A DNA stretch of 22,587 nt from positions 1 through 22,587 of the IMG/VR virus record IMGVR_UViG_2547132415_000022, one strand, 5' to 3'. A program made the position numbers and the translations under genes. This DNA comes from a virus. Taxonomy: Duplodnaviria > Heunggongvirae > Uroviricota > Caudoviricetes. The notes below the pieces were generated by a model, which was not told where the DNA came from, searched no databases, and saw nothing but the letters and a program-made list of their open reading frames with translations. Of this stretch, positions 16,162-22,587 are shown piece by piece; the stretch's first letter is position 1, and every line of letters begins with the position of its first letter.

Positions 16162-18432
16162 TTAATTAGGAAAAACACTCCCAGTTGGAATTTTTTTAAA
16201 TTTATATTTCCTCCCATCGAAACATACTGTCGCACCGCGTGCTAATACCTGTGGTTCCCATTGATTCGGCGTAATACCCTCCTGAGCCAACTCGAATCTT
16301 ATACGTGGCGTCTGTTCCCGTTCAGCTTTTGTCATTCGTCCTGAGGGCGCTATCTGATAAGGTTTTAATGGCTCACAGCTCTTTTGCTGGCGATTTGGTC
16401 GTGGCGCATCGTGTTTTAGTGCGCATCTGAGCACCGTCACGACTTCAGGGTCATCCCAGCCGATAACCCCGCGCTCAATCAGATTCAACACCGCTGCTGC
16501 TTGCTCAGAAGGTATGGATGTCATAGCAGGATCGCCACCGCTAGTTAGCTTTCCACAGTTATTGACAGGACTCCGAGGCGCGGCGATGCCGCTTTTTAAA
16601 GTCAAAGGCTCAACGACCGGAACTTTCGGCACAATGCGCCAGTCCGTCGTTCTGGTGATATGAATATGACGCGCGCCGAGATGCGGCGCGTAAATGCCGA
16701 CCACCCTCTCGACCTCTTCCTCGTACTCGTTAACGTCATCCGACGGGCTACGGGCGACTCTGACAGTCTGACAATCGCGCGGGACATTTGCCCCACCCTG
16801 CGCGCTGATATACAACGCAAAATCACCACTGTCTGCGGCGGCGCGTGCAGCCTCGACGCGCTCGTCAAACTCATCAGCAATGCTGACGCCGCGCGGCAAT
16901 TTGCGTAGTTCACGGTAAGCCCCCATTGTCGGCAGACCAACCGTTTTAAATTGCGGGATGCGCCACGTTGACGCCCATGCGGTAACAGCCGCAGCAGTGT
17001 CTTTCAGCGGCCTGCCGGTATCGTTATCGAGCTGACCATCCAGTGCATAGCCGTCGATGTTTTTTGAGATGTATTTCGCGATATACCCCGCAGCACCGCC
17101 CCGGTTAAGGTGTTTTGCCTGAAAACGGTTTCGCGCGGCTCCTCTTTCATCGCCATCCTCTTTGAGCGCATAGCGACGCATGATTTCGATAATCTGGTTA
17201 CGCTGGCGCGGATTACAAAAAAGCATCATATGCCAGTGCGGCGTTCCGTCGTGGTGTGGCTCGACGACACGCAAACCGTAGACCTGTAAATCATTATCCT
17301 TGAATGCCGTGCGCATCAGGCTCCAGATACGGCAGAGATAACGCTGCGCATCCTTTGGATTAAATGCCTCATCGTTCCAGCCGTGATTTAGCTGGACGGT
17401 TTTACTTTCGCCTTTTCTGACCTGACGTGTCGGGTGATACTTTGACGGCGCGGTCAGCGTGATAAACATCCCCACATCACCCTCTGCTGCGGCGTAACGC
17501 TCAATACCGGCAATGGTGTTCATCAGCTCCATCCGGCGAATTTCAGGATTAGAAATACTGCCCATCACCTTACTGATAAGGTCGATGCGCTCGCCGGTTT
17601 CCCTGTTTTCGAGATCACACGATTTAAGAAATTCCAGATTTGCCTGGCGGCGTGCACGCACATCACGAATGGCATGTTTACTGGCATAAGGAGAACGGTC
17701 TTTATTGACCTCCCCGACAGCAATCAGTAACGCCTCATGCCAGCGCATACGCTGGCCTTTAAGCTGATGGGTCCACCACTCATCGTTAAACAGACGGGCA
17801 ATGGCAGAATATGCCTGCCTCGTGGTCATCTGCCCTTTACGGTATTTTTTCCAGTAGAGCGGGGAAATATTGAAAGCACGTGCAGCACCAGCAACATGAC
17901 CATAGAGGTGAGCCTGCGCCTCATCCGTAAACAGCGATTCTTTTTCGCCATGCGCATCCCCCCAGGCATCGCAGAGTTCCTCATACATCATGAAAAGCTG
18001 CGATGAGATACGGGCGGCAAACTTTTTCAGCTCCTTGTCATTCATCCCCGGCAGACGCGCATAATGGTCACGCTCTGCCAGAAACAGCAACGACGCGTCG
18101 GTGTTCATTTTATGGCGCTGATTCACACGCTCAATGCGCGGCCATAAACGACGCTGAAAAGTGGATGTGAGAAAATAAAACCCGTGCACCGGGCTTTTAT
18201 TGCGCCGGATGTAGTCATAGCGTGACGTAAACAGCGAGCGCAAAAAGTAAGGCAGGCGGTTAATCGTGGATAAAACACCTTGCACCTGACGCATCTCGTC
18301 ACGTGTAAGGGGTCTTTCGCGCCCGACAGCCTCGCGTGGCGCGTTCCATGCATAAGCACCGGTAAACGCCTTACCGGTGCCTGCGGCAAATGCTGACGGA
18401 GGGACAAAACGCCCGGAGGCTTTAACGGCCAT
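16162..18432 (-). CDS. A: Replication initiation endonuclease A (rolling-circle initiator)
   Basis: ORF-track frame 16162..18474 (TTG start); probable start is the ATG at 18430-18432 (MAVKASGRFVPPSAFAAGTGK), as I recall for P2 gpA. Contains the HUH-like PHWHMMLF and the paired-tyrosine YIAKYISK motifs expected of this nicking enzyme. Confidence 0.9.
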   Translation of the reverse strand: MAVKASGRFVPPSAFAAGTGKAFTGAYAWNAPREAVGRERPLTRDEMRQVQGVLSTINRLPYFLRSLFTSRYDYIRRNKSPVHGFYFLTSTFQRRLWPRIERVNQRHKMNTDASLLFLAERDHYARLPGMNDKELKKFAARISSQLFMMYEELCDAWGDAHGEKESLFTDEAQAHLYGHVAGAARAFNISPLYWKKYRKGQMTTRQAYSAIARLFNDEWWTHQLKGQRMRWHEALLIAVGEVNKDRSPYASKHAIRDVRARRQANLEFLKSCDLENRETGERIDLISKVMGSISNPEIRRMELMNTIAGIERYAAAEGDVGMFITLTAPSKYHPTRQVRKGESKTVQLNHGWNDEAFNPKDAQRYLCRIWSLMRTAFKDNDLQVYGLRVVEPHHDGTPHWHMMLFCNPRQRNQIIEIMRRYALKEDGDERGAARNRFQAKHLNRGGAAGYIAKYISKNIDGYALDGQLDNDTGRPLKDTAAAVTAWASTWRIPQFKTVGLPTMGAYRELRKLPRGVSIADEFDERVEAARAAADSGDFALYISAQGGANVPRDCQTVRVARSPSDDVNEYEEEVERVVGIYAPHLGARHIHITRTTDWRIVPKVPVVEPLTLKSGIAAPRSPVNNCGKLTSGGDPAMTSIPSEQAAAVLNLIERGVIGWDDPEVVTVLRCALKHDAPRPNRQQKSCEPLKPYQIAPSGRMTKAEREQTPRIRFELAQEGITPNQWEPQVLARGATVCFDGRKYKFKKIPTGSVFPN

Positions 18433-18697
18433 ATGAGCCAAAAGCCTCTGAACAACGCTTGCTGAGTTGCTCAACCTGCACGTTTAAATCAGCAAAAGAC
18501 TTTGCGCTTCCGGTCAGAATATCGTGATGCATCAGGCCGGAAACGAGCTGGCTTAATTTCGGGTAATAACCAACCACCGACAGCCATTCCTGACCGGCGT
18601 TTTTACCGCTTTCCGCTCTCTTTTTCTCGTGGAGAATAAACTGAAAGCTGTCACTGGTAACGACATAACGTTCGCCAATTTCAATACGAATACTCAT
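18422..18697 (-). CDS. Small early-operon protein, P2 orf83-like
   Basis: 91 aa ORF immediately upstream of A, overlapping its start by 11 nt; occupies the orf83 position of the P2 early operon. Confidence 0.6.
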   Translation of the reverse strand: MSIRIEIGERYVVTSDSFQFILHEKKRAESGKNAGQEWLSVVGYYPKLSQLVSGLMHHDILTGSAKSFADLNVQVEQLSKRCSEAFGSYGR

Positions 18698-18918
18698 GCC
18701 GTTCTCCGGTAATGTTTGTTTTTTGCTTCAAAGACTGACTGACAGGAAACACAACGCGTGGCTGACGGATAAGCCGCACGACGGGCAGCAGGTATTGGCG
18801 CGTCACACTCTTCGCAAACCAGCGCAGAAGCACCGCAATGTTTTACCCTTGCCGCGTTAATCTGGCGCTCCAGTAATTCAGCCTGTTGCTCCTGAATAAA
18901 ATCTACGTTGTCCGGCAT
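18694..18918 (-). CDS. DksA/TraR-type C4 zinc-finger protein, P2 orf82-like
   Basis: 74 aa ORF with two Cys pairs (CEEC near the middle, CVSC near the C-terminus), as in TraR/DksA-family zinc fingers; orf82 position. Confidence 0.65.
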   Translation of the reverse strand: MPDNVDFIQEQQAELLERQINAARVKHCGASALVCEECDAPIPAARRAAYPSATRCVSCQSVFEAKNKHYRRTA

Positions 18919-18920
18919 TA

Positions 18921-19223
18921 TCAGCTCCTTTTATCGTTAAGTTTCCTGGATACATCAGCGCAATAACTGGCAAGTTCTGTCGTTAATTTTGTCAGTTCAT
19001 CCACGGAGGAAATTTGCTTGTGGAATACAGCGCGTTTAACAAGTAAATTGACCACATCAGACAGGAGGTTTAATTCATTCTGATAAATCGCGATAACAGA
19101 TTCAGTGATGTCGCGTTTTTCTTTATCAAGACAAAGTTGAATAAGAGACAAATCACCATTTTCCATAACGGCGATTTTTAAGGCGTTATTCAGTAATACA
19201 ACTGAATGAGAACAGGACATCAA
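18921..19223 (-). CDS. Hypothetical 100 aa protein at the orf81 position; markedly AT-rich
   Basis: ORF with ATG start; composition visibly more AT-rich than the flanking early genes; no motif recognised. Confidence 0.55.
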   Translation of the reverse strand: MMSCSHSVVLLNNALKIAVMENGDLSLIQLCLDKEKRDITESVIAIYQNELNLLSDVVNLLVKRAVFHKQISSVDELTKLTTELASYCADVSRKLNDKRS

Positions 19224-19444
19224 AGCACCTCCCCGCGAGACAATCCGATATTGTGAAATTTTTCCGACTCCTGACTGAGCAGCTCGACTATCTCCACGCG
19301 GGATAACTCCGCCTTTGTGATGTGGCGAATCATGGCGTCAAGATGAGAAGAAAAGCGCGTCGCTGCGTCGGCCTGTGCTTCGGTTCTGGCCTGTTGCAGC
19401 AGTAATGCGTATTTACCGCACTGATTTTCAGAAACTGTATGCAT
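19220..19444 (-). CDS. Small early-operon protein, P2 orf80-like
   Basis: ORF-track frame 19220..19477 begins with TTG; the ATG at 19442-19444 (MHTVSENQ) has a GGAGA RBS and gives 74 aa. Confidence 0.55.
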   Translation of the reverse strand: MHTVSENQCGKYALLLQQARTEAQADAATRFSSHLDAMIRHITKAELSRVEIVELLSQESEKFHNIGLSRGEVL

Positions 19445-19507
19445 GACTTTCTCCAGGCAAAAAGAAGCCCCGCACAATTAAGTGCGTTAAAAACTCTGGT
19501 TAATTAC

Positions 19508-20008
19508 TTAATGCAGATATTGCTCTGGTTTTACCGACGTCAGAATTGTCGGTGCATACTCAAACAGGCTGAATAATTCACGTAATGCACGGAATAAGGC
19601 ATCACGCCAGTAACATGATTCTTCATTAATTCGCCAGTATGGCTGGTTGAATTCTTTTTCAGTCAATCCGGCATGCATAAATAAAGTACGGCGCTGACTG
19701 ACAGTTAAAAAGCTAATATATGCATACTCACTTGCACCGACCTGACGGCGTTTTGAGAATGCCCCACGCAGTTCATCAATTGCACAAACCAGCCGTTCAC
19801 GTTCGACGTCGTTCATTTCTTCAAAACGCATCGTTGCGTGACGTTGTTTTAACTGCGCATGAAAGCAAACCGTTAGCCGTTCGCGCTCCATCATCTGATT
19901 ATAATAATCACATGTCTCCTGCCAGCGAGGGACGGCAAGATGCTTGCCAATTATCCGGCGCATAGCTGCTGGCTGTTTTTCGACGAGATTGAGCGTCATC
20001 ACTGTCAT
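19508..20008 (-). CDS. B: Replication protein B (helicase loader)
   Basis: 166 aa ORF, same length as P2 gpB as I recall it; between the orf78-like and orf80-like ORFs in the early operon. Confidence 0.85.
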   Translation of the reverse strand: MTVMTLNLVEKQPAAMRRIIGKHLAVPRWQETCDYYNQMMERERLTVCFHAQLKQRHATMRFEEMNDVERERLVCAIDELRGAFSKRRQVGASEYAYISFLTVSQRRTLFMHAGLTEKEFNQPYWRINEESCYWRDALFRALRELFSLFEYAPTILTSVKPEQYLH

Positions 20009-20199
20009 TTCCAGACCCTCCGGCTTTTCAGAAAGGTCAGAGCCTTCTTTAACGGACTCTGTTTTTTGGTGCGGATAATGATTCCCTTACGCCCCTTACC
20101 GTGGGTGATGGTGAAGTCAATCGCCCTGGGGCTTTCGTTACGCAATAACTGAGCAATACAACGAGGCTCGTTCATACGGTTCTCCTTAACGTGGTTCAC
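20005..20199 (-). CDS. Small basic early protein, P2 orf78-like (start uncertain; GTG in the ORF track, with an internal ATG at MNEPRC)
   Basis: Short ORF between cox and B, overlapping both by a few nucleotides; Lys/Arg-rich. Confidence 0.45.
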   Translation of the reverse strand: MNHVKENRMNEPRCIAQLLRNESPRAIDFTITHGKGRKGIIIRTKKQSPLKKALTFLKSRRVWK

Positions 20200-20461
20200 C
20201 GAGACCTAACCACATCAACCAGCCGTCACGAATCTCTTTAGGGCGGCTTTCATAAGCCAGTTTTAGTCCGTTATTCCATGCCGGAAGGTATACCCAATAT
20301 TCACCTGCACGACCTGAAGCTGATTGTGGATCGGTCATATCAATTACAGGCAGCTTTCCTTTATCGATCATCCGACGAACCGCTCCTGTCGATTTTCCTA
20401 TTAGTTTTGCGAACTCCTGATAAGGAATCGCATCAGTCATGAGTGTTACTTGCTTGCTCAT
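20186..20461 (-). CDS. cox: Cox: excisionase and repressor of the Pc promoter
   Basis: 91 aa ORF beginning MSKQVTLMTDAIPYQEFAKLIGKSTGAVRRMIDKGKLPVID, recognised as P2 Cox; first gene of the early operon, divergent from C. Confidence 0.9.
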   Translation of the reverse strand: MSKQVTLMTDAIPYQEFAKLIGKSTGAVRRMIDKGKLPVIDMTDPQSASGRAGEYWVYLPAWNNGLKLAYESRPKEIRDGWLMWLGLGEPR

Positions 20462-20575
20462 GTCGTCCCCCAGCCCTCATGAATTGCGTTTAATGCCTTA
20501 TAATGCCTTTTAGTGCCCACATCCAAGCACTAAACAATCTACATCTAAACTAAATACTATTGAGATCTAAACACC
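20462..20575. promoter_or_regulatory. Immunity switch region: face-to-face Pe/Pc promoters and C-repressor operator direct repeats
   Basis: Intergenic region between cox and C. Direct repeats ATCTAAAC at 20543-20550 and 20565-20572, 22 bp centre to centre, match the two-turn spacing of P2 O1/O2 half-sites. TATAAT at 20499-20504 on the plus strand is a candidate Pc -10. Confidence 0.6.
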
Positions 20576-20875
20576 ATGTCAAACACGATAAGCGAGAAGA
20601 TAGTCTTAATGCGAAAATCAGAGTATTTGAGCAGACAACAACTTGCTGATTTAACAGGGGTTCCGTATGGCACGCTGAGTTACTATGAAAGTGGTCGTTC
20701 AACACCTCCAACAGATGTCATGATGAACATCCTGCAAACCCCACAATTCACCAAATACACTTTATGGTTCATGACCAATCAGGTCGCTCCTGAGTCCGGG
20801 CAAATTGCGCCCGCTCTCGCACACTTTGGGCAAAACGAAACAACGTCGCCCCACTCCGGTCAAAAGACTGGTTAA
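20576..20875 (+). CDS. C: Immunity repressor C
   Basis: 99 aa ORF, same length as P2 C as I recall it; divergent from cox and upstream of int. Confidence 0.9.
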   Translation: MSNTISEKIVLMRKSEYLSRQQLADLTGVPYGTLSYYESGRSTPPTDVMMNILQTPQFTKYTLWFMTNQVAPESGQIAPALAHFGQNETTSPHSGQKTG

Positions 20876-20990
20876 CAATTCATCGTGAATATATTCATCA
20901 CAAGTGCCTACTATTGGTGGCTAAATTTCAGCCACCACGAAAAAAGCGATTAGTAGTCGCAAAAAAACACACCACTCGGAGGGTTTTCTG

Positions 20991-22004
20991 ATGGCAATCA
21001 AAAAACTCGATGATGGTCGATATGAAGTGGACATCCGCCCTACTGGACGTAATGGAAAACGCATCCGTAGGAAGTTTGATAAGAAAAGCGAAGCTGTCGC
21101 TTTCGAGAAATACACGTTGTACAACCACCACAATAAAGAATGGCTATCAAAACCAACAGACAAGCGACGTCTGTCGGAGCTGACACAGATCTGGTGGGAT
21201 TTAAAGGGTAAACACGAAGAGCATGGGAAATCTAATCTTGGAAAAATTGAAATCTTCACAAAAATAACGAATGACCCATGCGCATTTCAAATTACGAAAT
21301 CGCTTATCAGCCAGTACTGCGCCACCCGAAGAAGTCAGGGTATTAAACCTTCGAGTATCAATCGTGATTTAACATGTATTAGCGGCATGTTTACAGCCCT
21401 GATTGAAGCGGAGTTATTCTTTGGTGAGCACCCTATCAGAGGGACAAAAAGGCTTAAGGAGGAAAAACCAGACACAGGCTATCTCACGCAGGAAGAAATT
21501 GCCTTACTGCTTGCTGCTCTTGACGGCGACAACAAAAAGATTGCGATTCTTTGCCTGAGTACTGGAGCACGTTGGGGAGAAGCAGCTCGTTTGAAAGCAG
21601 AAAATATCATCCATAACCGCGTCACGTTTGTTAAAACGAAAACAAACAAACCACGCACCGTCCCGATCTCAGAGGCTGTTGCCAAAATGATCGCGGATAA
21701 CAAACGAGGTTTTTTATTCCCTGATGCTGATTACCCTCGCTTCAGACGAACAATGAAAGCAATAAAACCGGATTTGCCAATGGGGCAAGCCACACATGCA
21801 CTAAGGCACAGCTTTGCCACTCATTTCATGATTAATGGAGGAAGTATTATCACGCTACAACGGATACTAGGTCACACGCGGATTGAGCAAACTATGGTTT
21901 ACGCTCATTTTGCGCCAGAGTACCTTCAGGACGCCATTTCTCTTAATCCGCTAAGAGGTGGTACTGAGGCCGAGAGTGTCCACACAGTGTCCACAGTAGA
22001 GTAA
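20991..22004 (+). CDS. int: Tyrosine integrase
   Basis: 337 aa ORF, same length as P2 Int as I recall it; GGAGGG RBS; contains the catalytic-region motifs HALRHSFATH and HTRIEQTMVYAH (His-x-x-Arg and the active-site Tyr). Confidence 0.92.
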   Translation: MAIKKLDDGRYEVDIRPTGRNGKRIRRKFDKKSEAVAFEKYTLYNHHNKEWLSKPTDKRRLSELTQIWWDLKGKHEEHGKSNLGKIEIFTKITNDPCAFQITKSLISQYCATRRSQGIKPSSINRDLTCISGMFTALIEAELFFGEHPIRGTKRLKEEKPDTGYLTQEEIALLLAALDGDNKKIAILCLSTGARWGEAARLKAENIIHNRVTFVKTKTNKPRTVPISEAVAKMIADNKRGFLFPDADYPRFRRTMKAIKPDLPMGQATHALRHSFATHFMINGGSIITLQRILGHTRIEQTMVYAHFAPEYLQDAISLNPLRGGTEAESVHTVSTVE

Positions 22005-22083
22005 CGTTTAAGGGCTTTCAGTGGTAATTTATGCCGCTCAAACCCGCATTGTACCGTTGAAAGCCCCTACTGGTGACACCCTA

Positions 22084-22110
22084 AATCTCCCTTACACGGG
22101 CTTATTTTTT
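22084..22110. other. Attachment-site core at the int-proximal prophage/host junction
   Basis: aatctcccttacacgggcttatttttt is the reverse complement of AAAAAATAAGCCCGTGTAAGGGAGATT, which I recall as the 27-bp P2 att core; it lies 80 bp after the int stop, followed by non-phage sequence. Confidence 0.55.
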
Positions 22111-22269
22111 TATGCATAAGCCCTATCTCTGGTAACCGTCTTCCATTGACCACATCGATAGAATCCTCCTTCATAGCACGATGCCTTTCACTTATCGGCA
22201 TCGTGCTCCCACAGGTTCCGGCTACGCACAGCCAGAACGCGCATATTTGACGCTTACCAAAAAATATTC

Positions 22270-22587
22270 TCACTCTCCACATTTGAATGTCAGACGAGCG
22301 ACACCATGTAATCCTACACCTTCTGTCTTCAGCTCAACTATTTGCATTTTTTTGCCCTGAGTAACACAGAAATGAGTTGCATCATTTTTTACTATATTTT
22401 CTGCACCAGATATTCTACCCCTGGCTAAAGAAGCTTCGGCTTCGGTGTAGTATTGGTTATCGAGTTTACGCTGAATATTACTTTTATATGCAAGACCAAA
22501 TTTACCGATACTTGTCTCATCATTATGCACAGCACAACCAGACATAATAAAAATACTAATTAATGATATAGCAGCTATCTTTTTCAT
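22270..22587 (-). CDS. Host-encoded small lipoprotein (105 aa); start codon at the last three bases of the window
   Basis: Signal peptide with lipobox (MKKIAAISLISIFIMSGC); AT-rich; lies outside the att core and so is presumed chromosomal. Not identified further. Confidence 0.55.
   Translation of the reverse strand: MKKIAAISLISIFIMSGCAVHNDETSIGKFGLAYKSNIQRKLDNQYYTEAEASLARGRISGAENIVKNDATHFCVTQGKKMQIVELKTEGVGLHGVARLTFKCGE

Noticed and set aside
16602-18455. Short ORFs on both strands inside gene A (16602..16940, 16660..16908, 17737..18006, 18123..18455)
   Set aside because: Embedded within the 756-770 aa A reading frame, which is confidently identified; no evidence for nested genes.
20921-21259. 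112 aa and 67 aa minus-strand ORFs overlapping the start of int
   Set aside because: Antisense to the integrase gene and spanning the C-int intergenic region; no RBS; treated as spurious.
22005-22270. Possible tRNA gene at the integration site
   Set aside because: No cloverleaf-like arrangement of stems was apparent by eye, and P2-type integrases are not known to target tRNA genes; a tRNA scan would be needed to exclude one fully.
22067-22282. 71 aa minus-strand ORF across the att core
   Set aside because: It spans the prophage/host junction and the att core, so it would be a chimeric product of integration; no RBS was seen; probably non-coding.

Overview
This window is most of a P2-like (Peduovirus-type) prophage in an enterobacterial chromosome, read in reverse relative to the standard P2 map. 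The backbone runs: tail fiber H (partial, off the left edge), I, J, W, V, S, R, lysC/lysB/lysA, K, Y, X, L, M, N, O on the minus strand; terminase P and portal Q on the plus strand; a terminator and the cos site; then the early/immunity region A, orf83/82/81/80-like, B, orf78-like, cox (minus) and C, int (plus); then the att core and a host lipoprotein gene ending exactly at the right edge. Between cos and the 3' end of replication gene A, where P2 itself carries orf91/tin/old, there is instead a strongly AT-rich cassette of three plus-strand genes (about 13.36-16.16 kb) with no resemblance I can recognise to any P2 gene. The third gene carries a PD-(D/E)xK-like nuclease signature and a poly-Glu/Asp tail encoded by a perfect (GAAGAT)8 repeat. 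This cassette is the candidate undescribed system, most plausibly an anti-phage defence or exclusion module at the P2 tin/old hotspot. All protein identifications are from recall of P2 protein sequences, lengths and gene order; no database search was run, and GC content was judged by eye, not computed.
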